Source of the DNA: Plasmodiophora brassicae
Lineage: Eukaryota
Assembly (NCBI GenBank): GCA_036867785.1
Contig: CP145420.1
Span: forward strand, 496,001-560,000
Direction: 5' to 3'
DNA length: 64,000 bases
Shown here in pieces: positions 38,116 to 48,880 of the stretch (positions within the stretch are counted from its first letter, which is position 1; each line of letters begins with the position of its first letter). The notes under the pieces were generated by a model. It ran no database searches. It saw nothing but the letters and a program-made list of their open reading frames with translations, and was not told the DNA's origin. The position numbers and the translations under genes were made by a program.

Positions 38116-38598
38116 TCATTTGGAGGGGCTGTGCGGCTGAGTGGACGATCCGGACACCAAAGTACTGTGATCGGAAACGTTCGGTGCCTCCTGCGTCATA
38201 TTCTTGCTCGCGAGAGGCGCTGCCGTGCCGTTACCGGATGGGGTGCATAACGCAACGACGACGAGTTTCTTCTTGGTATCTAGGCATGGGTCGCTGTTGA
38301 AGACGAGGTTGTCGGAGACGATTCGGCACTGGGCGCGTCGCAGGCACCGCTGGGCGACGATGCGCTCTGAATTCGACGCGTGGCATTCGCCCGTTGTGTA
38401 ATTGCCCGGCCCGTGCCGCACAGGTGTCCCATACGACGCGAACGTGATGTTCGTGATCGTGAACGATACCTGACAGGACAGGTCCATGACGAACCCTTGC
38501 GGAGCGGCACCAACTGTCAGGTAGGGGTCCAATGACGTATCGTTGCCGTGAAACGAGGCAAGGCAGGTGCCTGCTAACACTGCCACCATGCACGCCAT
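38116..38598 (-). CDS. Second, shorter secreted SUEL lectin (paralogue)
   Basis: MACMVAVLAGTCLA signal; LSC..ITNITFASYGTPVRHGPGNYTTGEC..RCLRRAQC..DPCLDTKKKLVVVALC. Confidence 0.8.
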   Translation of the reverse strand: MACMVAVLAGTCLASFHGNDTSLDPYLTVGAAPQGFVMDLSCQVSFTITNITFASYGTPVRHGPGNYTTGECHASNSERIVAQRCLRRAQCRIVSDNLVFNSDPCLDTKKKLVVVALCTPSGNGTAAPLASKNMTQEAPNVSDHSTLVSGSSTQPHSPSK

Positions 38599-38788
38599 AG
38601 TACTCCATGGTGATGACGATGGTCTCCGCGTCATCGCCTCGACAGGCAAATGCCAGCACGGAACCGAGGTCTCCCCAAGTGACTCACGACCTTCAGGTTG
38701 AGACGACTGCCCTGCGGAACCAACGACGAAGTCTGCTGAACGGCCGTTGAACGTACGAACCATGTATATATACACAGTACTGTGAGGC

Positions 38789-40375
38789 TTACGTGGAAGT
38801 GCTGCTAGGTTGGTTGCGAACAATTTCGAACCGTTGCATGACCTGTGAAGCGGTGCGACTGTGCCCGGATTCAGACACGTTCAGCAGGAACGTATCGGCG
38901 AGAATGTGGGGCTTCGTCCGATCCGGATCAGAGCGCGCAGCGCCAGACTGGGCCGTCCCTGGCGGTTTCGGCCTCAGCGCCATGACGGTGGACATGACCG
39001 CAACGGGTTTCAGCAGCGACCCGACGCATCGCAGGACGTCGGACGCATACGCTGCGTTCCCGCCCATGATCCAGCGCAGGGTGTACCCGATAAGATGGCC
39101 TCTAAACGTGAGCGCCAGCAGTGAGTACACGCACGCGCATACGACGATTCGTGTCAGGACGCTGTGCAGGAAGTCGATCCTGACCGATGTGGCCTGCAGG
39201 TCGAACGCCGACGTAATCCTACGAAGCGTCAGGATCAGCAGCACAGCGAACACGAGAAACGTGAACGATATGATGAGCAGGACGGTGAAGGACACCCACT
39301 TGCCGTAGTTCGTCCACGATGTTAGGCCGTTCGATAAAAGAAGCGGAATGGAGGTCATGCCAAAGTCCAGGGCGAACAGGATGACGGATACCACAGTTCT
39401 GTCGCGGTACAGTTAGCGATTGATGAAGCATAAACAGGTGCCGACCACGACGCACAGGAAGGTGTAGGATGTCAGCCAGGATCGATGCCATCCCATTAGA
39501 CGGTGGTGGACGCGAAACGTGGTGAACGCCAGCAGAAGCCCGGCAAGAATAATCCTATCAGAACGGTCACCCTGACGCCTTGCGTCGTACCACGGGGACA
39601 CGTACCAGGGCACACCGCCATGGCGAAGCCAAAGGAAAACGCCTAACGGCACAGGGTACACTGAAGTCTGCATGAACGCGATGCACGTTGAATATATCCC
39701 GCGAATGATCTGCACGAGGGTCGCAATGGTCAGGAACACCAGGCACAGCTTTGACGAGCGATCCAGCTTGAAAGGAGGCGAAGCGCGGTACGATTGGTAC
39801 AATCGTCGGGCGATCATCAGCAAAGCGACGACGTTCAGCATCATCAGAACGAGGAGTACCGACTTCACCCTCCACGACGACATCATTTGGAGTTGCAAGT
39901 TAGGCTCGTCGCTGGTCAAGCTGATTAAGTCGTGCGGATGCGACGCGACGTGATCAAGCAGGGTGCGCCCGTCAATCCGACCGATTTCGACCACTGGGAT
40001 CTCCACAGGCTCAGGCATCGTCGCCTGAAACAGTCCCGCTACGACGCCAGCAAGATCGATGCTTGTATGGAGGATGAGCGCCTTGCAGCCAGCGGCATGG
40101 CAACGTTTCATCCAGAGGAAGCTCTCGTAGGCGGTCAGGTCCCGGGACAGCGGTTGCCCTAACAGGACGATGGCCTTCGACATGTCCCTATCGTTAGTCG
40201 TTGTTTGGGCAACGACAACGCGCGTCGGCGGGATCGGCAGGAAGCGTTCGTCGCGGATGCCAAGGACGACTGGGGTGTTCAGCCGCAGAACTTTGGTACG
40301 CGCCCCGGCATCCCAGACGACGATCGATGCTATTACAGGCACGAGCACGACGCAGGACACAGCTCGCCATATCAT
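38789..40375 (-). CDS. Signal peptide + PA-like ectodomain + seven-transmembrane receptor-like protein
   Basis: ORFs 39413..40399 and 38789..39394 join through GT-AG introns. KAIVLL..AAGCKALIL..IPVVEI is a PA-like pattern. Seven hydrophobic segments and a polar C-tail follow. Confidence 0.7.
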
Positions 40376-40924
40376 GGTATTAGCCCACTGAGCGCGCAAC
40401 GAACCACATCGTCATTAATCCGATTATCGATCCAGACCTAGTCGAAGCCGGAGTTTATGTCGCTGGTTCAGGCCATGCCGAGCTGCTGGTTAATAACGTC
40501 CAGAGAGTATTACATGCCGTACGGTCAGGTCTTCGGTTTGATCAGGTGCCCTAGCCTACGGCGAGGTCAGCATCCGGTACCCCCGTCGGATACGCACGCA
40601 CGCTCACGTCGCCATCATCAGTGCCGACAAGTCGACGAGCCGCTTCCGAAGCCCTCTGCACAGCTCGCACGGCGCCGGCTCAGCGCCCGGCCTGCCCTTG
40701 TCACCGCCGTTCTCCATCGATGCTCCGGCGCCAGAGATCCGATGATGCAGCGCACTCCGCACTTCCGCGTCTGCGTGACAGCGCCCGCGCAGCAGTCGAA
40801 CCGATCCGACCGTCTACCTATGTACCTACCGTACACAGTTCGCGCGCGGCGCGCTCTACACCGCTTCAGTGCCGATGGAGCCGGCGGCATAAAAGTGCCC
40901 AACTGGGGGATTGAAGCCAAAGGT

Positions 40925-43900
40925 TCATGTCGAGGCAGTCGCCGGGGAGATGTCGCCGAACGCGTGCCGGAAGACGTCATCGTATGTGGAGCAGAAGTGA
41001 AACTGGACGCCCTCGCGTACGTTTGCCGGTAGCTCGTCGACGTCGCTGCGATTGGCTTCCGGGAACAGCAGGTTCGTCATGCCGATTCGTCGGGCGGCGA
41101 TGACCTTTTCCTTAACGCCGCCGATTCGCAGGACTTTACCAGTCAGGGAGACCTCCCCCGTCATGGCGACCTCGGGCCGTGTAGGCCGCCCCATCGCAAG
41201 CGATAACAGAGCAGTGACCATGGTAATGCCGGCAGATGGTCCTTCCTTTGGTGTCGCTCCTGCAGAAACCGTACCTGAGCTAGCAGTCACCAGGAACCGG
41301 TCAGGGGCTCACCTTCAGGGACATGAAGATGGACGACTGTCTCTGCGAAAAACTTATTGTCCGGTTGAAGATCTCGCAGATAGCGCTTCGCAAGAGAGTA
41401 CGCGATCGAAGAGCTTTCTTTCATGACCTGTGAACAAAGGTTACCTCCGGAGCGGGCTCGTCATTCCAGGAACATACATCGCCGAGGTGTCCCGTCACCT
41501 GGATCGACCCAGTCTGAGTATCTTTGACGCGGTCCACTGCAGCAGCTTCGATGTAGAGAACTAAAGAGACCGGTCTGAGGTTTCGCTTCTCGAGAGACGA
41601 TCAGTTGTCCTTTACCTGAACCTCCCATCGCCGTCCAGGCAAGACCCGTAACAACGCCAGACGGGACGCTGTCAAACAGCCGATCTGACGTGAAAATCGG
41701 CTTGCCGACGAACTGCGATAGGTTGTCGGCATCGATACGAATGGGGAGCGTCGCCGAGCCGCCATCAGCTTCAACGATCTTCCTTGCTGACTTCCTGTAT
41801 ATCTGTTCGATCCTCTTGTCAAGCTCACGAACACCGGCCTCACGGCAGTAGCCGCGAATCAGCGCATCAAGGGCCGACGTCGTCAGATCAACTTGCTCTG
41901 TAGTGACACCCGTTCGCGTCCGAGCAATTTGGCTAAGATACCGATTCGCGATTTCCATCTGCGGCATACGTGAGTTCTTTGGCTGGAGCACAGGAAAGAC
42001 ACATTGACCTTCTCCGAGTGAATGTACCCGGACAAGCGAATGAATTCAATTCGATCTGCAAGCGGGCGCGGTATGGACTCTTCGGTATTGGCGGTACAGA
42101 TGAACAGTACCTTCGATAGGTCAACGGGTGCGTCCTGACAAGACGATGTGGTAAGCACGAGCCTTCGAAAACAACAGCCGCAACCGTACGAGATAGTAGT
42201 CAACGAAGGAGCTGTTCTGCTCCGGATCCAGGACCTCAAGCAACGCAGAGCTGGGATCGCCTTGGACGCCACGTCCCATCTTGTCGATCTCATCAATGAG
42301 AACAACGGGATTGGTTGTTTGCGTAGATTTAAGACACTGAATGAGCTTTCCGGGCATTGCACCGATATAAGTGCGACGATGGCCCTTAATTTCAGCGACA
42401 TCGGACAGACCACCAACGCTGGCCATAAACATGAGTAAACATCGCCGGTGCCACTGCCCGCTGAATGCACGTACCTGAATCGGAAGAACTTCCTACCCAA
42501 GCTGTTGGCAATGGATCGGGCAATGGAGGTCTTGCCCACTCCTGGTGGGCCAACAAGACAAAGAATTCGTCCACGAGGCGCTTCTCCCAAGAGCTTTCCG
42601 ACAGCGATAAACTCAAGAATTCGATCCTTGACATCCTCGAGCCCGTAGTGCTCCTCGTCGAGAACGGCTCTCGCCTTGACAATGTCAAACGCCTCTGGCG
42701 TTACGAGTCCCCAAGGCATGATTGTCAGCCAGTCCAGGTAGTTGCGAGTGACGTTGAATTCCGATGAAGATGATTCCAGGTGGGACAGCTTGCGAGATTC
42801 TTCGTCGATGACCTTCACAATCTCAGGCGGAGGGTGACGCGAATCGAGGCGAGCCCGGAACTGGGCGACAACCTCCTCCTTGTCGTCCTTCTCGAGGCCC
42901 AGTTCTTTCTTGATTGACTTCAACTGCTCATTCAGCAGGAACGTACGCTGGTTCTTCGATAGCTTCTCCTCGACGGAACGGCTGATGTCCTGCTGCATCT
43001 TGGATATCTCCAGTTCCTTCTTCAGCAGAAGCAACGCCTTGGAAAGACGGTCAACCGGGTCGAATGCTTCCAGGATTTCCTGCAGGTCATCGCCATCGGC
43101 AGATGTAAGCTGGGCAGCAATGTCGGCCAGCAGCCCCGATTTCTCCATGCTGTTGATGTCGACCGTCTGGATGAACAGTTCGAGCTGCTCTTTGAACACG
43201 GGGTTCAACGCCCGAATTTCCTTCATCGTCGACATGATTTCGAGCTTATACGCTTTCAGCGTGCTCGCTTCACCCCTGGAATCCTTCTCGAGTCGTTTCT
43301 CATCGAAATGATCGATCTCGCAGACCGCAACTGGAGACGACGACAGCATCGACGTTGCTCGAATGCGTCTATGCCCCATAACGAATGCCTGCGCCTCCGT
43401 CACGTTACCGTCCAGTGTAACTGCTGTGAACACAGAACGTCAAGCGCCGCTGAGAGGAGCCTGCGATGGCAATAGAGCTTACTTGGAATCATGCGGAACA
43501 CCTGGCCGAGTGTGCCGACGTGGTGGATTTCATCCATGGACGTGATTGCGTTTGCGTGCTCGAGGAGGATGGGCGCAGGTGTCTCATCTCCCGGCAGCTT
43601 CTTCCTGTAGAACATGCCGACGTAAGGATTGCCGGAGTCAAGCGTCTTGTTCAGTTCTTCGATAACAGCCTTGTTCTGCAGCCGGATTGGATACGCCAGT
43701 CCAGGAAACAGTGGTCGCCTGGCCAATGGGATACATATAACAGATCCAGGGCGAGGAACATCAGCACCCAGCGGCATCAGCGCGTTGCCCTTCGAGCGGC
43801 TCGCATTGCCCTCATCTTCCCCGTTACTACTGCCGGAGTTGTGATCATCATCGCCCTCGCCATCCACGATATCCTTCGTGGAAAACGGGCGCATGGGCGA

Positions 43901-43966
43901 CCACCTGACCCCGGCCGCCGCATGCAGCCGGGATCGGAAGGGTCGCAGTCCCAGGGCCAACAGCAT
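40925..43966 (-). CDS. LONP1: Mitochondrial Lon protease (PIM1/LONP1), multi-exon
   Basis: Mitochondrial presequence, RPLFPG, Walker [65 protein letters not shown]. Confidence 0.96.
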
Positions 43967-44960
43967 TGCCGGTCAGGAGCACGACGGACAGTCGACAGCG
44001 CCGCAACCCCGCACGAAAATTGGGAATGCAGTCCCGGAGCCGACGACCCGTCCCGTCGCCAGGCGGTGTCGACCCGAGGAAACCCTGGCCAACTGGATGG
44101 CTATGCTTCACTGGAACGGTCATACGGCCCTATCGTAAATGACGGAGAACACGGCTGCAATTTGGGAACCCCGTCTTCGTTAAGCCGTACGGTTCACAAT
44201 CTCTATTTCATTCTGTCTTCTGACACACTTGAAACCCTTGTCGAAATCGCAGCACAAACACTACTGTTTGCGGCGACAATCTACAACGCGCTCCTGGGTG
44301 ACGCTCACACCCGTAAAATACGCGCTGAGAACGGTAGTTGCCTTCGTATCAGTGTCGTCCTACTTCACGCTGGGCTACTTGTTGTCTGCTACTGTTACGA
44401 CCACCAGCCAGACTAGAGGACCGAGAGAAATAGGTGATATCGCCTCGTGGAACACGACGCCAACCGTTTCGGCTTGGCTTGGAACCCTGTCAAGCGCGTG
44501 CAACGCGATCATCATGCATGCCGCGTCCATGATTACCAGTTGATCCGCGATAGGATTCGAATTCCGGATGAACGTCCACCTAATCCTTCTGGCATGCACT
44601 GACTGATCGCGCCGCCATTGTGATTCAGACGTGACGCCGCTTCAAGCCTATCCATGGCCATCCCTGTAGTACGCAACCGCAGCGAAACACCATGCGTCGT
44701 CAGTACCGTGCTTCATTCGTTTGCGCCGTCAGTGTTATTTCAAACACTCATGCGGTCATGCCCTGAGGTTTTCATGTACCTACGTACAAATTAACAGATT
44801 TCGTCATGCTTGATCCGGTGTTGGGCCTAGTTTGTTCGCGTCAAAGGACAGAAGAGCTGCGCAGGGGATGGTGACAACGTCCTCAAACAAGCCCGGTCGC
44901 TGATTTTAACGTCGCGCCTGTATGTACGGTAGATATGTGGAACCTGCAAAACTGCAAAAA

Positions 44961-45046
44961 TCTCCCCACCCGGAATCGAACCAGGAACCGCCCGATAACA
45001 GATCACTATCTACAGTCAGACGCTCTGCCAATTGAGCTATGGAGAG
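44961..45046 (-). tRNA. tRNA-Tyr(GTA) with a 13-nt intron
   Basis: Reverse complement CTCTCCA-TAGCTCAATTGGCAGAGC-GTCTGACTGTAG[ATAGTGATCTGTT]ATCGGGCGGTTCCTGGTTCGATTCCGGGTGGGGAGA. A and B boxes are intact, the stems pair, and a T5 Pol III terminator follows. Confidence 0.93.
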
Positions 45047-45111
45047 AAACTCGACGTTCGGCGTGTCCCGCAAGAGCATACTTCAACAATACACCACAAT
45101 GTGTTGATTGC

Positions 45112-46458
45112 ATGCCTTCTTCGACCTCGTTGTATGCGCAGACGTTCAACCCGATATCAAGCGTCCTGGGGACCGCGTATAAAACGTACGACCTTGAAGC
45201 TGATAGCGCACATCGGATATTTTATGTGACGAGCGCGTGGCCGGCCATCGCGATCGGCAGTCGAGACATGTACCCAGGTAACTCATGACGCAGTGCCTCA
45301 ATGATAGCTGAGCCTAACGTTGAACGACAGGTATCGCATACGAGGCTGCACGGCGCGCTGTCGATATCGTGACCCAATCCTGTACGGCGCCTTGCGACGT
45401 CGTTGCCTCCAACTAAACCGGACGTGGTGTAGGTCCTGGGGATACGTTACGCTTTACTGTCAAAGGTAGAGGAGCCCATGGCATCGTAATCGAGTATGTC
45501 ACCCAGCCAACTGCCTAACTCAGGGAAGCGCCTTACGTCAAGCGATGTGCAGCCGGCAGTCAGCGTTGCGTCTGTTCATTTATGGTGCACAATGCTAACC
45601 GGATATCGCATTGCAGATGAGCAAATGTGATACATTCCTGGACTTTTATCGGCAGGATGCTAGCGGACCAGTTAAATTCGGCACCGCTGACGTCCAGTAC
45701 GGGATGACGAAACCCATGTGGAAGGATTTGGTGTATCCATTACAGGATGTCTGCGACCACGACGTTGACCGCATTATCATCGTTCGTTGTTTCATCTTGG
45801 CGCCTGGTTGGTTGCCCCTGACTCGTTGCGACCCTGTGCTGATTGCTATCACGTAGACAATTCGCCGGCACTCGTAGGGGTTGGGCGCTTCACTGTTCGA
45901 CAGCTGATCGAAGCGGGCAAGAATCTACGCGTCAACATGGAACATCCATCGGGCAATCCATGCGCCGGTCGGCTCAAGTTCTCCAGTGTCTCCGTCCAGC
46001 GCGTCATGGGGTCATCCACACACCAGGTCGAATTCTCGACCATCGTACCCGCGTCGTCAGGAGATTATTATCAGTTGGATTGTCCATCGTATGAGCCTCC
46101 CGTCATATTGCCAGGCGGGTCGTCAGCGCCCATATGGGTCGACCCAAGGCCGCCTCCACAGGACCGATTCGATCGTCCACCGCCTCCGATCGTCGCAGCG
46201 CTCCCGCCACCGCCTACCACAGAGTACACACCACCTTCTATACCGCAAACGCCTCCCGTACCCCAAGGCGACTCCGCTGCCGCCGACTACCTGAACCTGA
46301 TCGCGAACCCGCCCGACCCTCCAGTGCCCACTGTGTACACCTTCGAAGATCAGCATGGTGTACCGCCAGCCCAATTCTACAGCACGTTCAGCACGACAGG
46401 TCGCAGTACAACCCCGAAGAAGCCGGCTCCATCTGCACCCGATCCTTCTGGCGTCTAA
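45112..46458 (+). CDS. Copine-type C2-domain protein with Pro-rich tail and no VWA domain
   Basis: Spliced TLRFTVKGKRL..SKCDTFLDFYR..TKPMWK..DVCDHDVDR.IIVRCF..VGVGRFTVRQL resembles copine C2B. PPPP-rich C-terminus. 5' exons are tentative. Confidence 0.65.
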
Positions 46459-46531
46459 CGTGCCTCACAGACACAATACAGACGTCAGTCATATTATCTA
46501 TGGTTGTATTCGACCGAGTGATAACCTGCTG

Positions 46532-48763
46532 CTAGTCTATGCGGAGGACCAGCGGTTGCCCATGGAAGGACCTGGACATGGACAACGCCCAAGGCACCTG
46601 AGGCGTCGCTCCTGTCAGCTCCAGCTCCCGTTGTCGAATGCTGTCCAGCCACGCCCACTTGGCGTTCTCGGCACTGATATGCTTTACATGTCGTGGTCGA
46701 CGTTGTCGTTGTACACCAGCGGTCGTCTTCCAGACTGCCGTCTCCGTCTGCAGGTTCTGCTGCTGGACGATCATCTGCCTCCTGCTACAAGCCGATGGAC
46801 GCAGGTCGTCGTTCAGCGACTTTGTGCGACGATGGCGTGGTACGTCGCCGCCATTGGCATTCTCGACGGCCATGACCCAGTGATGCGGGATCTGTCCCAC
46901 TGACAACGGTGACGATAGTATCGGGGCCGACACCGACCCCGAACTGTGGCATCGTCGCAGAGGCCGCCGCTCCGTATTCCTGGAGGTGTACAGATCGAGT
47001 GCGATACGGTCGTCGGCGTCGACGACAGCGGCGCCGATGTCGTCAGTGTCCGGACCACGACGGTCGACATGGACGTCGAGATCCAGCGATTTGACGGACA
47101 GGTAACGGGAATGCTTTCGCTGCGCCTGCGAGCGGATACGGGTTCGGCGGCCGGCGCTGTTGATGTGCTCAGATGACGGCAACGCCGCCGGGACTGGACC
47201 TGAATCGTTGGTGGTGGGACTGGGCGCTGGGTCTGCTGCGGAGGTGGCAGGACCGTTCGTTTCGTTGCGGATGTCCCGCCTGCCGTCGTCAAACGGGGCG
47301 ACCGATGTCGTAGTGCCTGCCGATATGCATCTCGTCAGGCGTCGTAAGGTCGACGTCGCCCCTGACGACACCGCAGTCGAGGGTATCGGCGGCGACGAAC
47401 ATGTGGTCGTTCCGTTTGACACGCCATCAGGCACCCCAGGAGGTCGCGGCGAAGGACGATAACCAGGAGAACGTCCCGGCTGCAAACCGCTCGACAGTGG
47501 CCTCTCGACGCATCGGCGTCGCGAGGGGCCGCCCTGGAACGATGTCCGGACATTGAAACACGCTGCCGACGCCGTTCGCCCCAACTTCATCCGTGCCTCG
47601 ATCTCCATCTGATACATGCTCGACGCGATTGCCGCTTTGCGCGCGTCACTGCTGCGGTGCGACCGCCGCTCCGACGTCACCGCAGTGGCCGGTCCCGCGC
47701 GTCGCATTGCCAATTCCGCTGCCCGCGTCGATGCCGCCGCCACGCGCCTCGCCAACGCCGTCTTCGTTGTTCTCGGTGGCAGCAGCAGCAGCGGCGCCTT
47801 CGTCGGCATCGGCGTGCCATCGTCCGCCTTCGCAGGCGCAATGCCGCTGCCGCTGCCGAATCGTTCGAGACTGTTCCTGGCCGGCGGCCCGCGGGGAAGG
47901 TCGACGTGCAGCATCAGGCCGCATTGCTTCGCGGCGGCTTCAGTCGGCGGGTCGGCGGGGAGCTCCGTGCGGATGCCGCAATTCGGCGTGTCCGGGCTTC
48001 GACCTGATGAGTCCGAGTGCACCGGGGTCGGCGGAAGGCGTTGACGGCGCTGGAGCCAGGGCGGGTCGTCCGACTTAATGGCGGCGATCGCAACGATGTC
48101 GTCATCGTCGTCGTTGGCGCTGGCTGATGATGTGATCTCGGAGACCGTCCGCCAGCGTCGACGCCCACCGCGGTTGTCGTTGCTGTCGACAACGACGTCG
48201 GTGATCTGTTCGAAGATGGCGGCGAACAGGGCCTCCTTGCCGTCTCCTGCGATCTCTTCGTCGTTATCGACATCGGAATTCGGCTGCGTCATTGAGGTCC
48301 ACCAGGCGCCAAAGTCGTCCAGGGCGCGACGAAACCGTTCGTGGTCGAGATCGCACGTCACGGTTCGTTGCCGCACCGCGTGCGTCAGGCACTGGTCGAG
48401 ATCCGGACGACGACCGCTCATCGCGGTGGCCACCTTCGTCAGCAACGTATTGAACTGTTCGGGCGTGATCTTCTCCGCCTGCTGCTGACCATCACCCTCG
48501 TCACCTGCAGGTGGATCCGTCAGCATCGCCCAGAACAGGTCAACGTGATCGGGAGCATGACGTCGGCAACGTTGCTGCTGTACAGGTGACGACGCCTTTG
48601 GCCTGCTAGCTGGGAAGATACCAACAGGCGGCGCGATGAGGGCGGGCGGTACCCGACGCCTATCATACGGTGCCAATAGACTGTCCTGTCCGATGGCGGT
48701 GACCATTGCCCGGAACGCCTGGGCCGACAGCAACCTCAGCGGAACCTGTTGCACGAACACCAT
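46532..48763 (-). CDS. Hypothetical 743-aa protein: EF-hand-like N-terminal region plus long disordered tail
   Basis: Long ORF with ITPEQFNTLL and LDHERFRRAL..W helical motifs; the remainder is low complexity. Confidence 0.65.
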   Translation of the reverse strand: MVFVQQVPLRLLSAQAFRAMVTAIGQDSLLAPYDRRRVPPALIAPPVGIFPASRPKASSPVQQQRCRRHAPDHVDLFWAMLTDPPAGDEGDGQQQAEKITPEQFNTLLTKVATAMSGRRPDLDQCLTHAVRQRTVTCDLDHERFRRALDDFGAWWTSMTQPNSDVDNDEEIAGDGKEALFAAIFEQITDVVVDSNDNRGGRRRWRTVSEITSSASANDDDDDIVAIAAIKSDDPPWLQRRQRLPPTPVHSDSSGRSPDTPNCGIRTELPADPPTEAAAKQCGLMLHVDLPRGPPARNSLERFGSGSGIAPAKADDGTPMPTKAPLLLLPPRTTKTALARRVAAASTRAAELAMRRAGPATAVTSERRSHRSSDARKAAIASSMYQMEIEARMKLGRTASAACFNVRTSFQGGPSRRRCVERPLSSGLQPGRSPGYRPSPRPPGVPDGVSNGTTTCSSPPIPSTAVSSGATSTLRRLTRCISAGTTTSVAPFDDGRRDIRNETNGPATSAADPAPSPTTNDSGPVPAALPSSEHINSAGRRTRIRSQAQRKHSRYLSVKSLDLDVHVDRRGPDTDDIGAAVVDADDRIALDLYTSRNTERRPLRRCHSSGSVSAPILSSPLSVGQIPHHWVMAVENANGGDVPRHRRTKSLNDDLRPSACSRRQMIVQQQNLQTETAVWKTTAGVQRQRRPRHVKHISAENAKWAWLDSIRQRELELTGATPQVPWALSMSRSFHGQPLVLRID

Positions 48764-48880
48764 GCTGGTCTACCGTCGACGATTGTGGTTGCATGCCCTC
48801 AGCGACCCGGGGCACGATCGCAGATCGATTATCATCCAATCGTATCTCAAAGTGTAGTAGTTAGGTATTCAGATTGATCA

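Noticed and set aside
44100-44900. Short ORFs and in-frame TAG runs suggesting readthrough or a small gene
   Set aside because: No coherent protein emerges, and neighbouring genes use TAG as a normal stop.
33800-45046. Functional clustering of the TFIIIC subunit with the tRNA gene, or of RNA-processing genes
   Set aside because: They are separated by unrelated genes, which is expected by chance in a gene-dense genome.
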